This document shows positions 17,242-26,595 of a stretch of 38,317 bases of DNA, piece by piece. The DNA is from Candidatus Micrarchaeota archaeon (lineage in GTDB: Archaea; Micrarchaeota; Micrarchaeia; Anstonellales; Bilamarchaeaceae). The notes beneath the pieces are model-generated. The model was not told where the DNA came from, did not search any database, and was given only the letters and a program-made list of their open reading frames with translations. Location of the stretch: positions 1 through 38,317 of the forward strand of contig JAGVWJ010000007.1 of assembly GCA_018304385.1 (NCBI GenBank), in the 5' to 3' direction. Both the position numbers and the translations under genes were made by a program. Each line of letters begins with the position of its first letter. Position 1 is the first letter of the stretch.

Positions 17242-20200
17242 ATGCGCTTGATTAGTATAATCTATCTGTTTCTAATTACAAATATTATTTTTGCCGCTCA
17301 ATTAACCGTTACAACAGAAGGCAAAGGTTTTGTTAAATCTACTTCTCATTCTGGAATAGAATGTGGATATGCTTGTACTGCAGATTATGACGCAGGAACA
17401 CAAGTTTCATTAATAGCTAAACCAAATGAAGGCCTTTCATTTATTGAATGGGGTGGTGCGTGCTCAGGCAGCGAGCTTACGTGCACTGTTTCGCTTGATT
17501 CAGATAAAGAAGTAATTGCAAAATTCTCCGGTGAAGTATTAAAGGAGTATCAGCTTACTGTTTACAAATCTGGCAATGGACAAGGTAAAGTGCAATCTGA
17601 TCCTTATGGTATTGGTTTAGGAATAATAGCACCATATGATTCTGCTCCATTTCCAGCAGGTTCAGAGGTTGTGCTTACTGCAATGCCATTAGAAGGTTCC
17701 ATTTTTGGAGGATGGAGTGGAGCTTGCACTGGAACACAAGAGATATGTAGCATTGTTATTGATTCTAAGAAAGAGGTTACTGCTTCATTTGTTATTGAGG
17801 GAGAACCCACACCAGAACCAACCCTTATACCACCAACTCCTCAACCTGTCCCTCAACCTCCGCCTGCTTCAATTCCAGGTACTATTGATACAACAAACGC
17901 CAAAGGCCTTTCTTTAACCGTTAGCAAGATAGGTTCTGGCGCAGTTGCTTCTAAAGATCAAAAAATAGTTTGTGGTTCTACTTGCATGGCGAATTATGAA
18001 TTGGGAACAACAGTTACATTAACAACCGCTGCTTCTAGCGGATATACATTTATGGGTTGGGAAGGAAATTGTAAGACTAAAGAACCAATATGTATTGTAT
18101 ATATGTCTAAGCAAAAAACCGCTCGCGCATTATTCTTTCCCTCTCTCAATCAACTCACTGTATCAAAAATAGGAGATGGTCATGTAACATCTTCGGACTA
18201 TAAAATATTTTGCGGTCCTTATTGTATTGGAGATTATCTTGGTCATGCAACCGTTACTCTAACTGCGATTCCATCTATAGGCAGTACATTTAATGGTTGG
18301 GGCGGTGTGTGCAGCGGTAAAAGCACAACCTGTGTTGTTACTATTAATAGCTCAACAAATGTAACTGCGAGTTTTGAAACGCCAAAGCCAATAGAATATA
18401 ATCTTTCAGTTAGTGTTAGTAACAAGGAATTGGGCGTTGTTATATCTTCTGATAAAATAATAGATTGCGGTAATAACTGCTCTAGCGCTTATGAAGAAGG
18501 AGAAACAATTACCCTTACAGCCAGTAAATTAAAAGTATATGCTGATGCACATAAGACTGCGCTCGCGTTTATACCAGTGTTCGATGGTTGGGGCGGCGCA
18601 TGTGTTGGCAAAAATCTAACATGCACTGTTACAATGGACGCCTCAAAGCAAGTCGTAGCGAATTTCAGAAAGCCAAGAGAGCGATATAATCTTAGTATAA
18701 ATATGGCTGGAGAAGGATCGGGTACAGTAAGTGCATATGGTGCACAGATTTGTCCTGGAGACTGTTCGCGTATGTCCCTTCCTGGGGACCCAGTTCCACT
18801 TCAGGCAATTCCTGATGATGGTTCTATTTTTGGTGGCTGGGAGGGCCAATGTAATGCATATAGCACTAGTGATGCGAATCATTGTACTGTTAGCCATAGT
18901 TCCGATGAAGATACGAATATAACTGTAATCTTTAACAAAGATCCAAACCCGCCAAAAAATTATCGTCTTAATATATCCAAATCAGGAACAGGCAAAGGAG
19001 AAGTTACTGTTAGCTATAATAATGGAAATTCATATTTTATATGCGGAATGAGCGAAACAACCTGTTATCAAAAGTTTCCAAGAGATGAAAAACTAACGCT
19101 TACAGCAAAGCCAGATCTAGGTTATACCTATGAAAGTTATGTGGGTTCCACTTATATGGGGCCAGTAACAGTTCTTGGCTCCAGATTTAAAGGATGGGAA
19201 GGCGCATGTACTGGCTTAACTGAAACATGCAATTTAACAATGGATTCTCTAAAGCGCGTAACTGCAAAATTCTCGCAGAGTGTATTTTATAATATCACAG
19301 TTGTAAACGAGGCAGAGACAATTACAATAAGGACATACGATCAGATATATTATTATGGTTATACAACTACAGGATCAAAAATTTCTTGCGGCAATAGCTG
19401 CACAGCAGAATATGAAAGCGAGTCTGTTGTTAAACTCCAAAGCAGCAAGGATGTAAAATGGACCGGCTGTGATAGCGTTCTTGAAAAAACATGCGTTGTG
19501 AATCTGGAAAGCAACCGAATTATATCAGTTGATTTAACAGATGCAGATAAAATCCAATTAGTCAAGCAAGCGCTTGTTGAATATTTTACTAGTGGTGAAT
19601 ATGCGCAATATGATTTATTTTCATATGTCCAAAATGAACAAAATCTACCGTTTCAGCATACACTTGAGGCTTTAATGAAAAAAGAAATGAAAAATAATGT
19701 TGCAAGTATAAAGAATTGGATAGAACAGAACAAGGCATGGTTCCTTAATCAAGGTGGCATCCAGGCAACAATAAATCAAATAATGAAGGACATCGTCATA
19801 AGAGTTTTAACAGATGTATTTGCAAATGAAATAGCACAATATCCTGCATTAAAAGATTTCTTGTATGATGAAAGTAAAAAACCATTCCAAACCGCGATGG
19901 TGGATTTGAAAGCAAATCGAAACGGCGGTGGGTTTAATGGATTAAGATCATGGATCCAGGGAGCTAAAGACTGGTATTTAAGCGCTACAGGCATAAATGA
20001 TAAAATAGAAGAATTAAAACCAAAGCCTCCGCCACCGCCCCCTCCTCCACCTTCAATTACTAGCATCGAACCACAAGGAAGACAAATTGGCAAGCCAACA
20101 GTGGTTAAAGGAACTAACTTTATCAATGTTCAAAGGGTTACGGTTGGGTCAGACGTAGTATCATATAATCTGATATCTGAAAATGAAATTGTGCTTCCAT

Positions 20201-20823
20201 ATGTTGCATGGGGAATGGGGTCTAACCCTACAGTAACAGTTGAAACAAACGGATGGAAAACATGGGCACCGCTCATATATAATAACGGAGAAACAGTAAT
20301 ATATAATGCAAATGGGGGAACAGAAGAATGCTTTGGTGGCGTTGGAAAAGGATGCGGTGGTTTAACTGGCGGAAATGTTCTTGGTGGTTCATCAAGAATA
20401 TTGTTTACTCGAGCAGGCTGCGAAAGTGAGGAAGATGGGTATAGAAAATGCTGGGTTGCACCAGGAAGCTTAAGACATGATAACTGTTGTGTAAGAAATC
20501 CAGGTGGCAGGTATTGCGGCGGACCTGGCACTGATGGCAAACCAGCTGAAGATAAAAACCATAATGGAATGTGCAGCTGGGAATGGGATACTGCAGTTTC
20601 AGATGTATTTTGGTTTAGGGCATGGGAGCAGTGGTTTAGGGTTGCGGGTTATAGCCCAGACTTAACTCCAGCTAGTTCCAGTCCTTTCGGTAGGTATAAT
20701 CAAGGGGAAGCAGTAACTACTACTGGCGTATGTGCAGCATCTGGCCACGAGCTAAGGGATATAGAGGATTTCAGATTTTGCTGCTCTGGTTCAGCATATA
20801 TAAGTAATAAGAAATGCGTATGA
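17242..20823 (+). CDS. Large surface protein: 8 divergent InlB B-type repeats, helical region, IPT/TIG-like domain, Cys-rich C-terminal domain
   Basis: Signal peptide; eight F.GW.G.C.G....C....V.A.F units; poly-Pro linker; ITSIEP...VKGTNF (IPT-like); C-terminal GSLRHDNCC domain. Confidence 0.88.
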   Translation: MRLISIIYLFLITNIIFAAQLTVTTEGKGFVKSTSHSGIECGYACTADYDAGTQVSLIAKPNEGLSFIEWGGACSGSELTCTVSLDSDKEVIAKFSGEVLKEYQLTVYKSGNGQGKVQSDPYGIGLGIIAPYDSAPFPAGSEVVLTAMPLEGSIFGGWSGACTGTQEICSIVIDSKKEVTASFVIEGEPTPEPTLIPPTPQPVPQPPPASIPGTIDTTNAKGLSLTVSKIGSGAVASKDQKIVCGSTCMANYELGTTVTLTTAASSGYTFMGWEGNCKTKEPICIVYMSKQKTARALFFPSLNQLTVSKIGDGHVTSSDYKIFCGPYCIGDYLGHATVTLTAIPSIGSTFNGWGGVCSGKSTTCVVTINSSTNVTASFETPKPIEYNLSVSVSNKELGVVISSDKIIDCGNNCSSAYEEGETITLTASKLKVYADAHKTALAFIPVFDGWGGACVGKNLTCTVTMDASKQVVANFRKPRERYNLSINMAGEGSGTVSAYGAQICPGDCSRMSLPGDPVPLQAIPDDGSIFGGWEGQCNAYSTSDANHCTVSHSSDEDTNITVIFNKDPNPPKNYRLNISKSGTGKGEVTVSYNNGNSYFICGMSETTCYQKFPRDEKLTLTAKPDLGYTYESYVGSTYMGPVTVLGSRFKGWEGACTGLTETCNLTMDSLKRVTAKFSQSVFYNITVVNEAETITIRTYDQIYYYGYTTTGSKISCGNSCTAEYESESVVKLQSSKDVKWTGCDSVLEKTCVVNLESNRIISVDLTDADKIQLVKQALVEYFTSGEYAQYDLFSYVQNEQNLPFQHTLEALMKKEMKNNVASIKNWIEQNKAWFLNQGGIQATINQIMKDIVIRVLTDVFANEIAQYPALKDFLYDESKKPFQTAMVDLKANRNGGGFNGLRSWIQGAKDWYLSATGINDKIEELKPKPPPPPPPPPSITSIEPQGRQIGKPTVVKGTNFINVQRVTVGSDVVSYNLISENEIVLPYVAWGMGSNPTVTVETNGWKTWAPLIYNNGETVIYNANGGTEECFGGVGKGCGGLTGGNVLGGSSRILFTRAGCESEEDGYRKCWVAPGSLRHDNCCVRNPGGRYCGGPGTDGKPAEDKNHNGMCSWEWDTAVSDVFWFRAWEQWFRVAGYSPDLTPASSSPFGRYNQGEAVTTTGVCAASGHELRDIEDFRFCCSGSAYISNKKCV

Positions 20824-20858
20824 ATGTTTTATAAAAATTTCTCTACTAAATTTATAAC

Positions 20859-21638
20859 ATGAGAAGACTAAGTCGTCAGCCTTGGGCCTTGAGCAGTGGG
20901 CCAATTAAACTTGCTGCAAGCGATACATTCAGAAGGTACAAACCAGAAGAAAGCCACGAGGTTAGACAACCAATGGCCAGAACAAAAACGCCAATCGAAG
21001 AACTAAGAGCAAGAAGAGAAATGTTAATATCAATGGATCCAAAAAAAGTAAAAGAGATAATAGAATTTCACACAAAACTAAATTTCTTTCAAGCATTGGT
21101 TCTAGCAAAAAGAGAAGGAAAGTTAATGGTTCCAAATTCTGTTCATGAACGAATTTTAACAGAAACAGGGTGTATTGCATATAATTACGAATATGCAAGA
21201 TACCTGGAACAAAATTATCCAGCTTGGACTGGAACAATTGTTATATATGAGGACAAATTCCATCCTTTTAAAGACCAGTTTATCTTTAATGATGTTTTTT
21301 TCACTATTAGTTTTGCTGTTCCACAGAGATTTAGAGGAAAAACTAATTGCATGTTAGTAGTAGAACATCCAGATTTTGATATTGTTGATTTGGGAGATAA
21401 CAAATTTGAATTAAAGGTAGACGATGAAAAAATTTATCTAATTGAGGATGTATGTCGCGGGCGTGGTTGTAGAATGCCGGGTGAGTTGCCTCAAACCAAA
21501 GGACTTGCTGCTGCTAAATATTCTTCTTATTTAGGGCCTGTGGTTCGTTGTGAGGATGGTCTCCACTACGAAGCTATACATCGTACGATCGGAAGAGACG
21601 ACTGGCATCGCGAGCGTTTCAAAGTGGCGTTGTTCTAG
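20859..21638 (+). CDS. Hypothetical cytoplasmic protein (alternative start 20973)
   Basis: 259-aa ORF with TATA-like TTTTATAAAA about 25 nt upstream; no confident family. Confidence 0.72.
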   Translation: MRRLSRQPWALSSGPIKLAASDTFRRYKPEESHEVRQPMARTKTPIEELRARREMLISMDPKKVKEIIEFHTKLNFFQALVLAKREGKLMVPNSVHERILTETGCIAYNYEYARYLEQNYPAWTGTIVIYEDKFHPFKDQFIFNDVFFTISFAVPQRFRGKTNCMLVVEHPDFDIVDLGDNKFELKVDDEKIYLIEDVCRGRGCRMPGELPQTKGLAAAKYSSYLGPVVRCEDGLHYEAIHRTIGRDDWHRERFKVALF

Positions 21639-21644
21639 TTAAAA

Positions 21645-22913
21645 TTAGAGCAATACAGTTTCCTCTCTCTCAGGCCCATAAGAAATCATGCTGATTTTTG
21701 TTTTTGTTTCTTTAGAAATAAAATCTAAATATTCTTTAAGTTCCTTTGGCATCTTTTTATTTTTCTTTATTTTGTTCCAGCCTTCTTCGTTGATATTCCA
21801 ACCTTTAAAGCTTGTATATACTGGCTTTGCTAATTTTAGTTTTTCAATAACTGGGAATTCCTCTGTTTTCTTTCCATCAATTTCGTAAGCAACGCAAATT
21901 TTTAATTCATCAAGTTCACTGAGCACGTCTAATTTAGTAATCACTAATTCATCCGTACCGTTTATCATTGCCGAATACTTTAATGCAACCAGATCTAGCC
22001 ATCCGCAGCGGCGTGGTCGGCCAGTAGTTGTTCCGAACTCTCCACCTTTTTGTCTTATTTTTTCTCCTAGATCATCAGTTAGTTCAGTTGGAAATGGGCC
22101 AGAGCCAACGCGCGTTGTATATGCCTTTGTTATTCCAATAACTTTGTTTATTTTCTTTGGTGGGATTCCACTGCCAGTGCATGCTGCGCCAGTGGTAGTA
22201 TTTGAAGATGTAACAAATGGATAGGTTCCATGATCAATATCTAATAGCGTACCTTGCGCACCCTCAAGCAGGATTTTCTTTTTCTTGTCAATTGCTTCAT
22301 TTAACAAATAACTGGTATTTCTTACAAATGGTTTAATCTTTTCAGCGAAACTCTTTAATTTATTAAGAATTTCATCATCATTGAACTTAGTTTCTTTTCC
22401 GTAAGCGCTAATTATTTTTATTTTTAATTCCGCGATGCTTGCAATCCGTTCTTTTAAATTATCATTATATAGATCGCAAATTCTTATTGCAGTATTTCTT
22501 GATGCTTTATCTGCAAATGAAGGTCCGATACCGCGTTTAGTTGTACCAATTCCTCCTTTTTCATCCTCGATTCCATCTAATTCTTTATGCCACTGCAATA
22601 TAACATGTGCAGCCTCGCTAATTATTAAATTTTTTAGTGAGTAGCCAGCATTTTCAACTTCATTAATCTCTTTAAGAAGCGTTTCAGGATTAATTACTAC
22701 CCCGTTTCCAATCACTTTAAATTTTTCTGGATAGAATATGCAGCTAGGAACAAGATGCAATCCGAACTTCCTGTTTCCAACTTTTATTGTATGGCCAGCA
22801 TTATCACCACCGTTGAAACGTACAATGTAATCGTAATCTTTGGCAAGTATATCAATAATCTTGCCTTTGCCTTCGTCGCCCCATTGCATTCCTATAATAG
22901 TTGAAACGGTCAT
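21645..22913 (-). CDS. purA: Adenylosuccinate synthetase
   Basis: QWGDEGKGK, GGDNAGHT, EGAQGTLLDIDHGTYPFVTSS, EFGTTTGRPRRCGWLD. ATG 22913 (GTG 22922 alternative). Confidence 0.98.
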   Translation of the reverse strand: MTVSTIIGMQWGDEGKGKIIDILAKDYDYIVRFNGGDNAGHTIKVGNRKFGLHLVPSCIFYPEKFKVIGNGVVINPETLLKEINEVENAGYSLKNLIISEAAHVILQWHKELDGIEDEKGGIGTTKRGIGPSFADKASRNTAIRICDLYNDNLKERIASIAELKIKIISAYGKETKFNDDEILNKLKSFAEKIKPFVRNTSYLLNEAIDKKKKILLEGAQGTLLDIDHGTYPFVTSSNTTTGAACTGSGIPPKKINKVIGITKAYTTRVGSGPFPTELTDDLGEKIRQKGGEFGTTTGRPRRCGWLDLVALKYSAMINGTDELVITKLDVLSELDELKICVAYEIDGKKTEEFPVIEKLKLAKPVYTSFKGWNINEEGWNKIKKNKKMPKELKEYLDFISKETKTKISMISYGPEREETVLL

Positions 22914-22972
22914 ATTAGTCACGTATAAATGGTTAATACTAAAAGTTTAAATGTAGCTCCTTAACCTAGCAT

Positions 22973-23019
22973 ATAGGAACAACATAGGAACTGATTTTTT
23001 GTTCCTACTTAGTTCCTAT
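22973..23019. repeat. 47-bp palindromic direct repeat, copy 1
   Basis: ATAGGAACAACATAGGAACTGATTTTTTGTTCCTACTTAGTTCCTAT; 43/47 identical to 24349-24395; built from two TAGGAAC and two GTTCCTA units. Confidence 0.92.
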
Positions 23020-24315
23020 ATAATAGATAACATTTTTCCCAGTCTTCTTTTTTGCTACAAAACCTGATTTCTTAAGTTCTGAAAGTTCCTCTATTGCATA
23101 TCTATAAGTTATTTTGTATTTTTTTGCATAATCTGTTGTAGATATTGTTTTTCCTTTTTTTAATATTTCAATGACATTTTTCTGACGTAGTGAAAGTTCT
23201 GGAGACTGATTATATATTGTTACCTTGAAAAAACCCATTTCTTCTGTGAACATAGGATCCGCAAGACCTCTCTCTCGGCAGAGATTTATTATTTTAGTGG
23301 TACCAGTTCCCCATTGTTCTATATATCCTGCAAGGTGGGCCAAGTAAGCAAAAGCCTCGTTTCTTCTAATTGAAGGATGGCCTTCTTTTTTAAGGTCAGA
23401 GAGTAGTAATCCTGCAGGTACAGTACCAGGATTTTTTATTTCAATTCTATCTTCATAAAGAGCAACATAGCACGTTGATGGTACATTAAAATCACGATGA
23501 ATTACTGCATTTATTATGCCCTCTCTTATAGCTTCTTCTGGGTATTCAAATGTTTCTTTTCTTCTGGTGCCTTCAATTGTTATTGCTTTTTTCATGTGGT
23601 CTAGTACAAACTGAAAGGAATTTTCTACCATCTCCATGAATGATCCTTCAATAAGTTTTATATCTGTTAGTTGATTTCCTTTGATAACACCGCAGTGTAC
23701 TGCGTACTGGAGAAAAAATTTCTGCGGATTTTTACCAAAGAACAGTATTGCTGTATTAGTTAATTTACCTTCTTTAATTATGTTAAGAGAATGGAGTGCA
23801 GATTCAAGATTATTGAATTGATATAAACTTTTCCTAGTTCTCTGTGTTAATGCTATAAAATCCTTTACTTTTTGTTCTTCTATATCTTCCAGTGTTGCTT
23901 CTTCACATACTCTCGTGTCAAAATTTAGCTTTTTAATATGTCGTTTCAGAATCATTTGCTCTATTTCATTGTGATCTAGTTTTAAGTTACTTCTTCCAAC
24001 CCTTTTGTATGCTGTTCCTTTATATAAATATGGTTTTTGGTCTCCTTCTTTTACAATGATTTTTATAACTGTAAGTCCATTAATAATTTCTTCTTTAATA
24101 GTTGGATAGATCTTCGGGCTCGTATTGTTGGCAGTTTCCCTTGCAAGGTTTTCTATTGTGTTTTTGCCAATATCAACCCCAATTATTTTATTATTTTCAT
24201 CTATGCCAACGTATATTTCTCCACCTGATGAATTCCTAAATGCAACTATAGTTTGTATTATCTCATCTAAAGAAGCAAGACTTTTTTTTAGCTCTACTTG
24301 TTCAGATTCTTTCAT
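23005..24315 (-). CDS. Schlafen/AlbA_2 domain plus RecG-like HATPase_c_4 plus wHTH protein
   Basis: ESEQVELKKS...AFRNSSGGEIYVGIDE (AlbA_2); YPEEAIREGIINAVIHRDF, IEIKNPG, IEQWGTG (HATPase_c_4); C-terminal HTH. Confidence 0.92.
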   Translation of the reverse strand: MKESEQVELKKSLASLDEIIQTIVAFRNSSGGEIYVGIDENNKIIGVDIGKNTIENLARETANNTSPKIYPTIKEEIINGLTVIKIIVKEGDQKPYLYKGTAYKRVGRSNLKLDHNEIEQMILKRHIKKLNFDTRVCEEATLEDIEEQKVKDFIALTQRTRKSLYQFNNLESALHSLNIIKEGKLTNTAILFFGKNPQKFFLQYAVHCGVIKGNQLTDIKLIEGSFMEMVENSFQFVLDHMKKAITIEGTRRKETFEYPEEAIREGIINAVIHRDFNVPSTCYVALYEDRIEIKNPGTVPAGLLLSDLKKEGHPSIRRNEAFAYLAHLAGYIEQWGTGTTKIINLCRERGLADPMFTEEMGFFKVTIYNQSPELSLRQKNVIEILKKGKTISTTDYAKKYKITYRYAIEELSELKKSGFVAKKKTGKNVIYYIGTK

Positions 24316-24337
24316 AGTTATACTTAGATAAAAAACA

Positions 24338-24345
24338 TTTATAAA
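24338..24345 (-). promoter_or_regulatory. Probable TATA box of the Schlafen/AlbA gene
   Basis: TTTATAAA 23-30 nt upstream of ATG 24315, a spacing consistent with a leaderless archaeal transcript. Confidence 0.5.
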
Positions 24346-24348
24346 TAC

Positions 24349-24395
24349 ATAGGAACAACGTAGGAACTAGTTTTTTGTTCCTATTTAGTTCCTAT
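24349..24395. repeat. 47-bp palindromic direct repeat, copy 2
   Basis: ATAGGAACAACGTAGGAACTAGTTTTTTGTTCCTATTTAGTTCCTAT, directly after the scpB stop. Confidence 0.92.
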
Positions 24396-24396
24396 G

Positions 24397-24864
24397 TTAT
24401 TGTTGATTAGCAATACTAAAATGCCTCTTGAATTTCTCAGTAACAAAAAGCTTTGCTGTCCGTCCAGCTTTTTTCGTAGTTATAAATTCATTTTCAACAA
24501 GCTCTTGAACATCCTGATAAATCTGCGGGCCAATTCTTTTCGCAAGCTCGCTCTTAAGCATGCCATCATGCTTTGAGATATAAGCCAAGGTGCGTAATGC
24601 ATTCTTGCTAATTTCCATTTCCTGCGCAAATTGTTTTACTTTAGGTAAATAATCGTTGCGTACGCGCATTTCATATTTTCCATTTTCCTCAATTATTTCA
24701 AGTGCGCTTGCCCGGTCTAAGTATTCCTTTTGCAATTCACTAACTTTTCCTTGTAAATAACCAAGCGCAGCAATGCCCGTCAGCGTTCTAAGTTCTCCCA
24801 AATTTAAAGCACGGCCGCTTATAAAGAGTGCAGCCTCCACCAGTCTTTTTTCTTCAAGTTCCAT
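24397..24864 (-). CDS. scpB: SMC-Scp complex subunit ScpB
   Basis: LVEAALFISG.AL, L..EY......LEI....GKY.M.V and ALRTLAYIS two-wHTH pattern. ATG 24864. Confidence 0.92.
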   Translation of the reverse strand: MELEEKRLVEAALFISGRALNLGELRTLTGIAALGYLQGKVSELQKEYLDRASALEIIEENGKYEMRVRNDYLPKVKQFAQEMEISKNALRTLAYISKHDGMLKSELAKRIGPQIYQDVQELVENEFITTKKAGRTAKLFVTEKFKRHFSIANQQ

Positions 24865-24900
24865 ATCTATCAATAGGCTTAGTATATTTAAAATTCTATT

Positions 24901-26580
24901 CTAATTCTCTCGTTCTCGTTTAATTTTATTAACCTTATTCTTTTTAATATCTGAGAATGAGCTAACTTTACCATCTGGCCAAATTACTTTTGTTTTATAG
25001 ATTGTTGTATTTTTTCCTAAGCCAAAGTGCAATCTATATGGGTCGCCAGATAAATAACCACTTGAAGACCTTATAGTTCTGGTTAATGTCCCTAGAGATG
25101 TATTTAAAATAACTTTAGCACCTATCGAGTAAACATTCTTTGAGTTAGGCTGTCTCAATTCAAATTCTACAAATTCATTTTCATTGCAAAGGTTGTTTAC
25201 AAATATACTTGCGTTATCTAGTAGATTATTAACTACTATATCAAGATCACCATCATTATCTAAGTCAGCGAAGCTCATGCCCCTGCCGCCTTTTGTAGAG
25301 TTTAAACCTAATGATTTATCATTATAAAAATACCCACTACCATTATTAATAAGCATAAAGTTCTCTTCTATAAGTCCCTTGTTCTTTTCTTCTAAGTTGC
25401 TTGCCATATAATTTTTTAACATTCCATTAACAATATACAAATCCAAAAATCCGTCATTATTTATGTCTGCAAACTTACTAGACCAGCTCCAACCAGTAGC
25501 ATCTATTCCTCTAGCTTCTGCATCTTCTAAAAATAATCCATTTCTATTTACTTGTAATGTGTTTCTTTTTACCTGTGAAGGATATTCAGGCTCATGTGCT
25601 TGGTCTTCAAGCATTTTCTTTTTTAGTTCTGGTTCATAGAGCAACATATCTGAAGAGAATACATCGTAATCTCCGTCATTCTCAATATCTCCAAAATCAT
25701 AACTCATTGTGAAAAAAGATGTTTTGTTGAATATTTTTTTTAGGGTACACCCTACTTCGTAACATAGAAATGCATAATCATTTATTTCCATATCATTCCC
25801 AACAAAAATATCAGGATAGCTATTATTATCAATGTCAAATAGAGTAGTTACGAGTGCATTAGATCTATGCGCTAGAAATAATTTTTGTCTAAAACTATCA
25901 TTTTCATTAATATACCAGCTAACTCCATATATATTTGAACCTTTTTTATAATCATTAATAACCTCTCCTAGTTCTACATCATAAGAACTTAAAACTAAAT
26001 CAAGATCTCCATCTAGATCTATATCTCCAAAGTCAGAAGAAAAAGAATAATTCATAAAATCCATTTTTGTTTTGCTAAATACTGTTTTCTTATCTGCAAG
26101 TTTATTCTCAAAAAGCTTAGGTGTTGAATTAAATATTGTAATAAATATGTCAATTTGCGCATCTCCGTTATAATCAATTAAATTAACACTTCTACCTTTG
26201 CTTATTGGGAAATCTTCTTTTTCAAATTTTAGATCTCCTTTATTCCAAAAAATGCTAGAATTACCAATAAAGTTTACCAAAAATATATCTATTAGTCCGT
26301 CGTTATTAATATCATTTAGAGCTAGACCAGAACCCATATCATATTTTCTATGTTCTTTATCCAGATTAAGAACAAAATCTAATTCTATCTCTTCGAAATA
26401 GTTACATGACATTTCAGTAGTTTCAAGATTGGAAATGTTTGTTTTAAAATTTTTTTCATTATTTTCTAACTCATAAATGTTATTGGATATGCTTTGTGCA
26501 GGTGAATTTATAGTTTTATTAGTACATCCTACAATGATTATGGTTAAAGCAATCACCAAATAGAGTTCCTTCATTTTCAT
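24901..26580 (-). CDS. CRTAC1-family (FG-GAP repeats plus ASPIC/UnbV) lipoprotein
   Basis: Repeated DINNDGLIDIF, DIDLDGDLDLV, DLDNDGDLDIVVNN; GWSWS; C-terminal GYLSGDPYRLHFGLG; lipobox IIVGC. Confidence 0.9.
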   Translation of the reverse strand: MKMKELYLVIALTIIIVGCTNKTINSPAQSISNNIYELENNEKNFKTNISNLETTEMSCNYFEEIELDFVLNLDKEHRKYDMGSGLALNDINNDGLIDIFLVNFIGNSSIFWNKGDLKFEKEDFPISKGRSVNLIDYNGDAQIDIFITIFNSTPKLFENKLADKKTVFSKTKMDFMNYSFSSDFGDIDLDGDLDLVLSSYDVELGEVINDYKKGSNIYGVSWYINENDSFRQKLFLAHRSNALVTTLFDIDNNSYPDIFVGNDMEINDYAFLCYEVGCTLKKIFNKTSFFTMSYDFGDIENDGDYDVFSSDMLLYEPELKKKMLEDQAHEPEYPSQVKRNTLQVNRNGLFLEDAEARGIDATGWSWSSKFADINNDGFLDLYIVNGMLKNYMASNLEEKNKGLIEENFMLINNGSGYFYNDKSLGLNSTKGGRGMSFADLDNDGDLDIVVNNLLDNASIFVNNLCNENEFVEFELRQPNSKNVYSIGAKVILNTSLGTLTRTIRSSSGYLSGDPYRLHFGLGKNTTIYKTKVIWPDGKVSSFSDIKKNKVNKIKREREN

Positions 26581-26595
26581 GTTGTTATACCAACA

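Noticed and set aside
21645-22913. purA as evidence of de novo purine synthesis
   Set aside because: PurA also serves salvage; no other pur genes are in the window.
23005-24315. Calling the Schlafen cassette an IS or transposon
   Set aside because: No transposase and no terminal inverted repeats with a short target duplication; reported only as a repeat-flanked cassette.
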